Source: Acidobacteriota bacterium
GTDB lineage: Bacteria > Acidobacteriota > Vicinamibacteria > Vicinamibacterales > CAVVIG01
Direction of reading: 5' to 3'
Assembly (NCBI GenBank): GCA_003222535.1
Contig: QHWJ01000345.1
Location: forward strand, 1,546 to 65,545
Length of the DNA stretch: 64,000 nt
The translations under genes were made by a program, and so were the position numbers. Numbering within the stretch: position 1 is the stretch's first letter; each line of letters starts with the position of its first letter. A model generated the notes under the pieces. That model did not search any database. It was not told where the DNA came from and was given only the letters and a program-made list of their open reading frames with translations. Shown one piece after another: positions 54,184 through 62,351 of the stretch.

Positions 54184-54563
54184 CGACGATTGTCGTCGCC
54201 GCCGCGGTCGTCGAGCGGGACGGCCGGTTTCTGGTCACGAAACGGCCGAAGGGCGCCCACCTCGAGGGATGCTGGGAATTCCCCGGTGGCAAATGCGACG
54301 CCGGCGAGGCGCTCACTCTGTGTCTCGCGCGCGAGCTTCTCGAGGAGCTCGACGTCAACGCTCGAATCGGCGAGGAACTGCTTACGACGACTTACACGTA
54401 TCCGGAGCGCGCCGTCCAGCTGCATTTCTTCCGTTGCGAGCTGTTCGCGGAGCCGCGGCCTCAGCTCGATCAGGAGATGCGGTGGGTACCTCGCGAGGAG
54501 TTGGCGGCGCTCGAGTTTCCTCCGGCGGACGCCGAGTTGATTCGCAGGCTGATGCAGGTCTGA
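54180..54563 (+). CDS. MutT-type NUDIX hydrolase
   Basis: WEFPGGKCDAGEALTLCLARELLEEL is the Nudix box. ATGA overlap with the glycosylase gene. Confidence 0.85.
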   Translation: MTTIVVAAAVVERDGRFLVTKRPKGAHLEGCWEFPGGKCDAGEALTLCLARELLEELDVNARIGEELLTTTYTYPERAVQLHFFRCELFAEPRPQLDQEMRWVPREELAALEFPPADAELIRRLMQV

Positions 54564-54570
54564 GCCACTC

Positions 54571-54735
54571 GGACGGTCTGGAGACCGTCCCCTACCGTCT
54601 AAATGCAACCACGAAAACACGAAGATCCACGAAGAACGCGAAGAAGACTTTGTACAAAGAATTCTTCTTCGTGATCTTCGTTGGCTTTCGTGCCTTCGTG
54701 GTTGTATTTGGACTCTCCGGTAGGGGACGGTCTTC
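54571..54735. repeat. ~165-nt near-perfect hairpin with (CACGAAR)n / (YTTCGTG)n arms
   Basis: The outer arms are ggacggtctggagaccgtcccctaccg / cggtaggggacggtcttcc. The inner arms are aaatgcaaccacgaaaacacgaagatccacgaagaacgcgaagaag / cttcttcgtgatcttcgttggctttcgtgccttcgtggttgtattt. The loop is actttgtacaaagaatt. Confidence 0.85.
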
Positions 54736-54784
54736 CGCCTTCGCGTAAAGCTTCGGCGGACCGCCGTAGCCCTGGCGGAGGCGG
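54735..54784. repeat. dispersed 50-nt element, copy 2 (inverted relative to 19074-19123)
   Basis: ccgccttcgcgtaaagcttcggcggaccgccgtagccctggcggaggcgg abuts the ygfZ stop. Confidence 0.75.
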
Positions 54785-55795
54785 TCAGACCGTCCCGGCA
54801 GTGACGAACGGCAGCGTCGTGACTTCCGCGCTCGCGTCTGCGACTGTCAGCTTCGTTCCGGGCTCGACGAAATCGCGGTGCACGTACCCGAGCGCGATCG
54901 GCCGGTTCAGCGCCGGCGACCGCGTGCTGCTCGTCACCCGGCCGACCTCGCGATCGCCGCTGCGAATCACGGCACCGGGTGCCGGCACCTGCCGGCCGTC
55001 GATCAGCAGACCGACCAGCTTGCGCGCCACGCGGCCATGCCCGCGGTGCAGCACGCGGATCACGACCTCCTGCCCGACGTAGCAGCCTTTCGTGAAGCTG
55101 ATGGCGCGCGACTCGATGCCGGCCTCGAGCGGGATCGTGTCATCGCCCATGTCGCGGCGAAACAGCGGCACGCCCGACTCGATGCGGATGGCTTCGGCGG
55201 CCGGCTCGTCGGCCTCCACGACGTCAACGGCGCCGAGCGCCGTTTTGAGCGCGCCGGCCTGCTCGCGTTCCACGTACACGTCGTAGCCGGGTTCGCCGGT
55301 GTCGGTGACGCGCGCGACAATCGCGGTGCCGCCGCCCCAGGGCGCACGAAGATTGCCGTGCTCCGCGAGATCGCGCAGCCGCTCGGCGGAGAGACCCGTC
55401 ACGACGCCTGCAATCGCCTGCGCCGCCCGAGGGCCGACCACCGCGATCTGCGCAAACGTGTCCGTCGCGTCGCCGAGCTGCACGTCTTCCGTGAAGATGA
55501 ACTGATCGAGCTTCGCCAGCACGCCGTCCTTGACGTCGCCGGCCATCGTCAACAGCATGACGTCGCCGAGCTCGTAGACATGAAGATCCGCGATCATCCG
55601 GCCCTGCGCGGTGAGATACGCGGCGTAGCAGCCCTGCCCCGCCTTCAGCGCGACGACATCGTTGGTGAGGAGGCCCTGGAGATACGCCGCGCGGTCCGCG
55701 CCGGACACCACGATCCGTCCGCGACCGGACCGATCGATGAGCGCCGCGCGGTGACGGGCGGCGTCGTACGCGGCGGGGGAAACAGCTGGAATCAT
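54785..55795 (-). CDS. ygfZ: folate-binding YgfZ / GcvT-like protein
   Basis: AALIDRSGRGRIVVSGADRAAYLQGLLTND and the C-terminal KGCYVGQE motif are present. Confidence 0.85.
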   Translation of the reverse strand: MIPAVSPAAYDAARHRAALIDRSGRGRIVVSGADRAAYLQGLLTNDVVALKAGQGCYAAYLTAQGRMIADLHVYELGDVMLLTMAGDVKDGVLAKLDQFIFTEDVQLGDATDTFAQIAVVGPRAAQAIAGVVTGLSAERLRDLAEHGNLRAPWGGGTAIVARVTDTGEPGYDVYVEREQAGALKTALGAVDVVEADEPAAEAIRIESGVPLFRRDMGDDTIPLEAGIESRAISFTKGCYVGQEVVIRVLHRGHGRVARKLVGLLIDGRQVPAPGAVIRSGDREVGRVTSSTRSPALNRPIALGYVHRDFVEPGTKLTVADASAEVTTLPFVTAGTV

Positions 55796-55812
55796 GATGC
55801 TATGCTGAAGGC

Positions 55813-57489
55813 ATGCCGACGTCCCATTCTATCCGCGCGATGCTGGCCGCGCTGGCCCTGCCGCTCGCCGCCGCGGCCCAGCAGCCGCCGGTCCCGCCGG
55901 CGCTGCAGGAAGCGGGCGCGACGAGCTTCACGATCTTCCTTGGTGGCGCGCCGATCGGAACGGAACAGATCGCGGTCAACCGCCTGGCGGCCGGCTGGAC
56001 GATCGCCAGCACCGGACGACTGGGCGCGCCGATCGACATCGTCGCCCGGCGCCTGCAGGTGCGATACACACCGGAGTGGCGGGCCGTCGAGCTCACGCTC
56101 GATGCCACGGTCAGAGGACAGGCGCAAACCATCCGGACAGTCGTCGAAGGCACGACGGCGAAGAGCGACCTCGTCGTGGCCGGACAGGCGACCGGGAAGA
56201 CCGATACGGTCGATCCGGATGCGCTTCTGCTGCTGCCGACCGGCTTTTTCAGTCCATATGAAGCCCTCGCCGCGCATTTGAGGACGGCCGCGGCCGGCAG
56301 CGAGATGCCCGTGTACCTCGTGCCCCAGGGGTCGATCCGGGTGCGCATCGGCGAGTCATCCGGCGAACAGATTCAGACGGCGGCACGAATGGTTACGGCG
56401 CGGCGCACGCACATCACGCTGGTGCTGACGGCCGCTCAGATCGATGCGGATCTCTGGACCGATGACGCCGGCCGGATGATCCGGTTCAGCGTCCCCGCGC
56501 AATCGCTCGAAGTCGTGCGGGAGGACATCGCCGCGGTCTCGTCGCGCAGCGTGACCATCTCGAGGCCGAACGACGAGCAAGTGAATATTCCGAGCAATGG
56601 ATTCTCCCTCGTCGGCACGCTGTCGAGGCCGGCGCAGGCGGGCGGCACGCGTCTGCCCGCCGTCGTGCTGGTCGGCGGCAGCGGACCTGCCGATCGCGAC
56701 AGCGTCGTGTTCGGCGTCCCGGTTCTCGGCCAGATCGCCGGAGCCCTCGCCGACGCCGGTTTCATCGTCGTCCGTTACGACAAGCGCGGCATCGGGCAGA
56801 GCGGCGGCCGCGCCGAGTCGGCCTCGCTGGCCGATTACTCGGAGGATGTGCGCGCGACGATCAAGGTGCTGGCGGACCGGAAGGACGTGGATCCGAAGCG
56901 CATCGCCGCGATCGGCCACAGCGAAGGCGGGCTCGTCGCGTTGATGGCCGCGGCAAAGGACAAGCGCATCGGGGCCGTCGGCCTGATCGCCACGCCGGGA
57001 ATCACCGGCGCCGACATCGTGCTCGCGCAGCAGCAGCGGTTGCTGAGCCGCATGAAGCTGACGCCCGAGGAGAAGCAGGCGAAGGTGGACGCGCAGAAGA
57101 AAATCCATGAGGCGGTGATGACCGGGAAGGGGTTGGAGCTGCTGCCGCCTGACGTGCGACGCAGCGTCGACAACGCGGAGTTCCAGAGCCTGCTCATGAG
57201 CGATCCGGCGAAGCTTGTGCAGGACGTGCGGCAGCCGCTGCTCGTCGTGCAGGGCGAGCTCGATACGCAGGTCGAGCCCGAGAACGCCGACAAGCTCGAG
57301 GCGCTCGCGCGGAAACGCAAGAACGCGCCGCCCGTCGAGGTCGTGAAAGTGCCCGGCATCAACCATTTGCTCGTGCCGGCGACGACCGGCGAAGCCGACG
57401 AGTACGGCACGCTCAAGGACAAGCAGGTCAGCCAGGTGGTCACTCAGGCGATCGTCACGTGGCTCAAGAAGACGCTCCCGACGCGCTGA
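55813..57489 (+). CDS. secreted alpha/beta hydrolase with an N-terminal beta-rich domain
   Basis: A signal peptide is present, with IGHSEGG (GxSxG) and a C-terminal PGINHLL. Confidence 0.8.
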   Translation: MPTSHSIRAMLAALALPLAAAAQQPPVPPALQEAGATSFTIFLGGAPIGTEQIAVNRLAAGWTIASTGRLGAPIDIVARRLQVRYTPEWRAVELTLDATVRGQAQTIRTVVEGTTAKSDLVVAGQATGKTDTVDPDALLLLPTGFFSPYEALAAHLRTAAAGSEMPVYLVPQGSIRVRIGESSGEQIQTAARMVTARRTHITLVLTAAQIDADLWTDDAGRMIRFSVPAQSLEVVREDIAAVSSRSVTISRPNDEQVNIPSNGFSLVGTLSRPAQAGGTRLPAVVLVGGSGPADRDSVVFGVPVLGQIAGALADAGFIVVRYDKRGIGQSGGRAESASLADYSEDVRATIKVLADRKDVDPKRIAAIGHSEGGLVALMAAAKDKRIGAVGLIATPGITGADIVLAQQQRLLSRMKLTPEEKQAKVDAQKKIHEAVMTGKGLELLPPDVRRSVDNAEFQSLLMSDPAKLVQDVRQPLLVVQGELDTQVEPENADKLEALARKRKNAPPVEVVKVPGINHLLVPATTGEADEYGTLKDKQVSQVVTQAIVTWLKKTLPTR

Positions 57490-58883
57490 CGCACCCCTGC
57501 CTTGAACGTGCGCTCGATCTCGCGCGCGAGTACATCGCTTCTCGATCCGCTCGTCCCGTCTGGCCGACGACCACTCTCGACGAGCTCCGCGGCGCGCTTG
57601 GGGGTCCGCTGGCCGCCGATCCGATCGACTCCACGGCCGTCATCGAGGCGCTCGCCCGCTGGGCAGAGCCCGGGCTCGTGACGACCACCGGACCCCGCTA
57701 CTTCGGCTTCGTGACCGGCGGCGCCCTGCCGGCGACGGTCGCGGCCGAGTGGCTCACCGCGGTCTGGGATCAGCCGGCGGGTCTCTACGTCCTCTCCCCC
57801 GCCGCGGCCGTCGTCGAAGAGGTGGCCGGGGCGTGGCTGATCGCTCTGCTCGGGCTGCCGGAGGGAGCCAGCGTCGGCTTCGTCACGGGCTGCCACATGG
57901 CGAACTTCACGGCGCTCGCGGCGGCACGTCACGAGCTGCTGCGCCGCGCCGGCTGGGATGTCGAGGCGGACGGTCTGCAGGGCGCGCCCCTGCTGCGCGT
58001 CATCGTCGGCGACGAAGTGCACGTGTCGGTAGTCGGCGCGCTGCGGATGCTCGGGATCGGCTCGCGTCAGGTCGTCCGCGTTGCGGCCGACGATCAGGGA
58101 CGGATACGGCCGGACGCGCTCGCCGCCGCGCTCGACGGCGGCCAGGTTCGCGGAAGTCCAACGATTGTCTGCGCGCAGGCGGGCAACGTGAACACCGGAG
58201 CGTTCGATCCGATCGACGCGATTGCCGACATCACGACCCGATACAAGGCCTGGCTGCACGTCGACGGCGCGTTCGGCCTGTGGGCGGCTGCGAGCGGGGC
58301 GCTGAAGCACCACGTCCGCGGCGTCCAGCGCGCCGACTCGTGCGCGACCGACGCGCACAAGTGGCTGAACGTACCGTACGACTCCGGCCTGGTGTTCGTC
58401 GCGCATCCGGCTGCGCATCGCGCGGCGATGAGCCTCAGCGCGGCGTATCTCGTGCGATCGCCGGATGAGCCGCGCGAACCAATGGACTGGACACCCGAGG
58501 CGTCTCGCCGCGCCAGAGGGTTTGCGGTGTATGCCGCGCTGCGCTCGCTCGGGCGGAGCGGTGTGGAGGATCTTGTCGATCGCTGCTGCCGGCTGGCACG
58601 TCGCTTCGCGGATCGCCTCCGCGAAGCGCCGGCGATTGAGATCCTCAACGACGTCGTGTTGAACCAGGTGCTCGTCCGTGTCGTACCGCCGAACGCTGAC
58701 GCGGACGCTGCGACACGCGAGACGCTGCGGCTCGTGCAGGAAGAACGCGTCTGCTGGCTCGGCATCACCCGCTGGCACGGCAACGACGCGATGCGAATCT
58801 CGGTTTCAAACTGGTCGACGACCGAAGAGGACATCGATCGCTCGGCCGAGTCGATTATCCGGGCCGCACGTCTTCAGGGCTGA
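57459..58883 (+). CDS. PLP-dependent decarboxylase (group II, aspartate aminotransferase fold)
   Basis: [13 protein letters not shown] (PLP Lys) and HVDGAFG are present. The GTG start overlaps the upstream gene by 31 nt, so the start is uncertain. Confidence 0.85.
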   Translation: MAQEDAPDALTHPCLERALDLAREYIASRSARPVWPTTTLDELRGALGGPLAADPIDSTAVIEALARWAEPGLVTTTGPRYFGFVTGGALPATVAAEWLTAVWDQPAGLYVLSPAAAVVEEVAGAWLIALLGLPEGASVGFVTGCHMANFTALAAARHELLRRAGWDVEADGLQGAPLLRVIVGDEVHVSVVGALRMLGIGSRQVVRVAADDQGRIRPDALAAALDGGQVRGSPTIVCAQAGNVNTGAFDPIDAIADITTRYKAWLHVDGAFGLWAAASGALKHHVRGVQRADSCATDAHKWLNVPYDSGLVFVAHPAAHRAAMSLSAAYLVRSPDEPREPMDWTPEASRRARGFAVYAALRSLGRSGVEDLVDRCCRLARRFADRLREAPAIEILNDVVLNQVLVRVVPPNADADAATRETLRLVQEERVCWLGITRWHGNDAMRISVSNWSTTEEDIDRSAESIIRAARLQG

Positions 58884-59347
58884 AGAGCGAATCCCTGGAC
58901 GGCCCGCAGCGCGTCCTCGTACCGCAGAGCCTCGATCGGATCGAGCCGGGACGCTTTGAGGGCGGGCAGCAGGCCGCTGACGAGGCCGACGATCATCAGG
59001 ATCGCCGACGTGATCGCCACGAGTTGCACCGACAGCACGAGGTGGATATCGGTCACCCGGCTGGCGTCGTCCAGGAGCTCGGCGAGAAACGGCCGCGGGC
59101 TGAGCAGCCACACGAGCCCCCACGACACCGCGATGCCGACGCCGCCGCCGGCAAACGTCGTCGCCAGGCCCTCGAGCAGGAACTGAAGCAGAATCTCCCG
59201 GCGCTTCGCGCCAAGCGCCTTGCGCACGCCGATCTCACGCGTTCGCTCCTGGACGTTCACGAACATGATGTTCATGATCCCGACGCCGCCGATGGCGAGC
59301 GTGAGAACGCCGATTCGACAGCTGGACGAGGGCCGGACACCGGAAGT
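58874..59347 (-). pseudogene. 3' remnant of a MacB/FtsX-type ABC permease
   Basis: Only the last FtsX domain is present: [36 protein letters not shown]...[10 protein letters not shown]. An in-frame TGA lies at 59348-59350 and there is nothing permease-like upstream. Confidence 0.7.
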
Positions 59348-59446
59348 TCAACACAACGGCCGGCACCTCCCGGCTTTTCAGCTGTCGCTGAACCTTGAGA
59401 GCTGAGACGCGGGAACGTTTAACCGCGGACCACGCTGGTTCGACGA

Positions 59447-59540
59447 GCTCACCATGAGGCGCTCATCCTGAGCCCTTCGACTCGCCGCTCATCCTGAGCC
59501 TGTCGAAGGATGAGCCGCTCGCTCAGGACAGGCCTGTCGA
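59447..59540. repeat. dispersed ~95-nt palindromic (REP/MITE-like) element, copy B
   Basis: See 12914-13006. Both copies have the same orientation. Confidence 0.75.
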
Positions 59541-59562
59541 AAGCCAGACTTTCACCACGGGC

Positions 59563-59571
59563 TGTTAAGAT
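59563..59571 (+). promoter_or_regulatory. extended -10-like element TGtTAAGAT, 8 nt before the FHA ATG
   Basis: ctgttaagatacgcgtcaATG has no SD. Confidence 0.35.
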
Positions 59572-59579
59572 ACGCGTCA

Positions 59580-59864
59580 ATGTGGATCCTGCGGAGCGCC
59601 GAGACCGAGACGACGTTTCGCCTGCGATCCGGCGCCGTCAAGACCGTCGGCCGCGCGCCGCGCGCCGACTTCGTCGTCCATGCCGCCCTTGTCTCGCGCC
59701 TGCACTGCCGGCTGACCGCCACCGACGACAATCTCGAAGTGGTGGATCTGACGAGTACGAACGGCACGTTCGTCAACAACAGACGCGTCGAAAAGGCGCA
59801 TCTGTCGGCGGGCGATCGTCTTCGCGTGGGACGCGTGGAGTGGATCGTCATGGCTGAGGGCTGA
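59580..59864 (+). CDS. FHA domain protein (stand-alone, 94 aa)
   Basis: VGRAPRADFVV...VSRLHCRL...DLTSTNGTFVNNRRV is the FHA signature. Confidence 0.85.
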   Translation: MWILRSAETETTFRLRSGAVKTVGRAPRADFVVHAALVSRLHCRLTATDDNLEVVDLTSTNGTFVNNRRVEKAHLSAGDRLRVGRVEWIVMAEG

Positions 59865-59954
59865 GGGCTGAGGCAGCTCGTCATGGCCGAGGGCTAATGG
59901 CTTATGGCAATGGTGGATGGTTCCGTCTTTCGGCCATCAGCCATCAGCCATGAC
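59847..59954. repeat. heptamer-built hairpin (GGCTGAG/GGCTAAT)n ... (GCCATCA)n
   Basis: gtcatggctgagggctgagggctgagg...gtcatggccgagggctaatggcttatggcaatgg pairs with ggccatcagccatcagccatgac. Both convergent genes stop inside it. Confidence 0.8.
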
Positions 59955-60587
59955 AAGAAACGGATTGGTGCGGCGCTCGTGGCCGATGGTGGTGTCGGGT
60001 CCGTGTCCCGGATGAACGATGGCATCGTCGCCGAACGGGAAGAGGACCGTGCGGATCGAGGAGATCAGCGTGTTGAAATCGCCTCCCGGCAGATCCGTGC
60101 GGCCGATCGCGCCGGCAAACAGCGTGTCGCCGACGAACAGCTCCTTCGCCGTTCGGCCTTTTTTGCCGACCTGGAGACAGACGCCGCCGGGGCAATGACC
60201 CGGCGTGTGGTGCGGCCGCACTTCGCAGGCGCCGAACACGATGACGTCGCCCGGCGTGTAGAACACGTCGATCGGCGGCTGGGGCTCGACCGTCAGGCCA
60301 AACATCGCCCCCGACTCGACGGCGCGCTCGTAGAGAAACAGATCGTCCCGATGCAGGTAGACGGGCGCGCCGAGGAGTCGCTTCGCGGCCGCCACGCCGG
60401 TGACGTGATCGACGTGGGCGTGGGTCAGCAGAATGTGCCGGATCGCCAGCGCGTTGCGCCCGGCGAACGCCAGCAGGCCTGCCACCTCGTCGCCGGGATC
60501 AACGAGCACGGCGTCCCTGGTCTCTTCACAGCCGACCACGAAGCCGTTCTTGAAGAATGGGCCGACGGCCTGACTCTCAATTATCAT
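59937..60587 (-). CDS. MBL-fold hydrolase (glyoxalase II-like)
   Basis: ILLTHAHVDHVTG, TPGHCPGG and GDTLFAGAIGRTD are present. Confidence 0.9.
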   Translation of the reverse strand: MIIESQAVGPFFKNGFVVGCEETRDAVLVDPGDEVAGLLAFAGRNALAIRHILLTHAHVDHVTGVAAAKRLLGAPVYLHRDDLFLYERAVESGAMFGLTVEPQPPIDVFYTPGDVIVFGACEVRPHHTPGHCPGGVCLQVGKKGRTAKELFVGDTLFAGAIGRTDLPGGDFNTLISSIRTVLFPFGDDAIVHPGHGPDTTIGHERRTNPFLVMADG

Positions 60588-60595
60588 GGTCGCCG

Positions 60596-60949
60596 ATGAT
60601 CTTAGCCGTACTCGACGACCTCATGTTCACCTCGAAGATCAAGACCGCCGCGAGCCAGCTCGGCGTGGCGGTCACGTTCGCGCGATCCGCTGACGCGGCG
60701 CTCGGTGAGATGCGAAAGGCATCGCCGACGCTGGTGATCTTCGACCTCAATAACGCCCGCATCGATCCGCTTGGCATCGTCGCGATGATGAAACAGGATG
60801 CGGCGCTGGCGTCCATTCCCACGATCGGATACGCGTCTCACGTGCAGACCGAGATCATTGCGGCCGCGCGTCAGGCGGGCGTCGGCGAAGTGATGGCGCG
60901 GTCCGCCTTCACGCAACAGATCGGCGAGATCCTGGGAGGGCACCGCTGA
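60596..60949 (+). CDS. stand-alone receiver (CheY-like) domain protein, partly degenerate
   Basis: ILAVLDD and LVIFDLN (acceptor Asp) are present. The conserved T/S position is S and the conserved K position appears to be R (EVMARS). Confidence 0.6.
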   Translation: MILAVLDDLMFTSKIKTAASQLGVAVTFARSADAALGEMRKASPTLVIFDLNNARIDPLGIVAMMKQDAALASIPTIGYASHVQTEIIAAARQAGVGEVMARSAFTQQIGEILGGHR

Positions 60950-60988
60950 AGCGGCGCCCCACGTACCGCTGACGCGGCGTCCAACAGG

Positions 60989-61895
60989 GTGACGCAGCCG
61001 ATGACGCTCGTCGACGTGTTTCGCGCCCGCAAGCGGATTGCGCCGCACGTCCGACCGACGCCGCTCCTGCGATGCGTTCAACGCGGTGATGGCCCGGCTC
61101 GAGCGGCCGGGCGGCGCGCCTCCGCAGCTGGTCACCGCGTCGGCCGGCAATCACGGCCGCGCGCTCGCCGCGGCCGCCGAAACGTTCCGTCTCCCGCTGA
61201 TCGTCTTCACGCCTGCCGACGCGCCGAAAACGAAGCTGGAGGCCATCCGGCGCCATGGCGCCGAGTTGCGCGCCGACGGCCGTGACTACGACGATGCCGA
61301 GCGGCGTGCGAAAGCCTTCGCGACCGACGCCGGCGCCGCGTTCATTTCGCCCTACAACGACGCCGACGTCATCGCCGGCGCGGCGACCGTCGCGCTTGAA
61401 ATCTTCGAAGATGCGCCCGGCACCGATGCGCTGGTCGTGCCCATCGGCGGCGGGGGGTTGATCAGCGGCGTCGCGACCGTGGCCAAAGCCATCGAGGCGC
61501 GCACCGAAGTGATTGGGGTCGAGGCGGACGTGTCGTGTGCATTTCAGACGAGCGTTCGGGCCGGCCGTCTCGTGGAGATCGTGCCGGGCGCCACGCTCGC
61601 CGACGGCCTCGGCGGCAACCCTGACCCCGAAACGATCACCTTCGCCTTCATCCAGCGGCTCGTCGATCGCATCGTCACCGTCAGCGAGGACGACCTGTCA
61701 GCCGCGATCGCCGGCCTCGCGGCGACAGAACATCTCGTGGCCGAAGGCGCGGGCGCCGCCGGGGCCGCGGCACTGGTCGGGAAACGCATCGATGTCCGCG
61801 GCCGCCACGTTGCGGTGATCGTGTCGGGCGGCAATATCGATCGGGCGCGGCTCGCATCGCTGCTGAGCAACGACGCTTCTCAATCCGCCGAGTGA
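60989..61895 (+). pseudogene. threonine/serine dehydratase (PLP fold type II) with an internal deletion plus frame change
   Basis: Frame A reads MTLVDVFRARKRIAPHVRPTPLL (to ~61069). Frame B then reads DAFNAVMA...VTASAGNHG...PIGGGGL...SGGNID. About 26-30 residues are absent, including the SFK PLP-lysine motif expected between TPL and RGAFN. Confidence 0.7.
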
Positions 61896-61917
61896 CGCGA
61901 GCGGTCGGTCCGCGACT
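61884..61917. repeat. dispersed ~33-nt element, copy 2
   Basis: See 34329-34363. Confidence 0.65.
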
Positions 61918-62039
61918 CAGGGCTTGACAACAACACGGTTGATCCAGGCGGCTCCGCGCATTGTGGAGATGGGCGGCAATCGTGCGAAACGGTCCGCCGT
62001 CCTATTCCGGGAACGCCATATTGGTTCGAACCTTCGTCG

Positions 62040-62336
62040 GTCACCGCGAGCGAGGCGAAGAGCGAGTTCGGGCGCGTTTTGGAGATGGCCGTCCAGGGCG
62101 GCGCCGTTGTGATCACGAAGCACGACGCCCCCAAGGCCGTGCTGATCTCGGTTGAGGATTTCAACGCTCTATCGCGGGCGACCGAGACGAGGCTTGATAC
62201 ATTGAGCCACGAATTCGACGCGCTTCTTGCTCGAATGCAGACACCCAGAGCGCGGTTGGGAATGAAATCGGCGTTTTCAGCCTCAGCGAAACAGTTAGGA
62301 AAGGCTGCGGTAGCGGCGGCTCGAAGGCGTGGCTAA
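62040..62336 (+). CDS. Phd/YefM family antitoxin (start codon unresolved)
   Basis: VTASEAKSEFGRVLEMAVQGGAVVITKHDAPKAVLISVEDFNAL is a canonical Phd fold start. The first in-frame ATG (62079) would cut off beta-1 and alpha-1, and no canonical start lies in frame upstream. Confidence 0.65.
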   Translation, partial: VTASEAKSEFGRVLEMAVQGGAVVITKHDAPKAVLISVEDFNALSRATETRLDTLSHEFDALLARMQTPRARLGMKSAFSASAKQLGKAAVAAARRRG

Positions 62337-62351
62337 GGGCCGGGGATCAGG

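Noticed and set aside
57459-57489. The 31-nt overlap between the alpha/beta hydrolase and the PLP decarboxylase as a programmed recoding site.
   Set aside because: It is more simply explained by an uncertain decarboxylase start codon. I see no slippery sequence.
62021-62032. The ggttcgaacc palindrome as a tRNA T-arm fragment or an att site.
   Set aside because: There is no flanking tRNA structure and no integrase nearby. It is a simple 10-bp palindrome.
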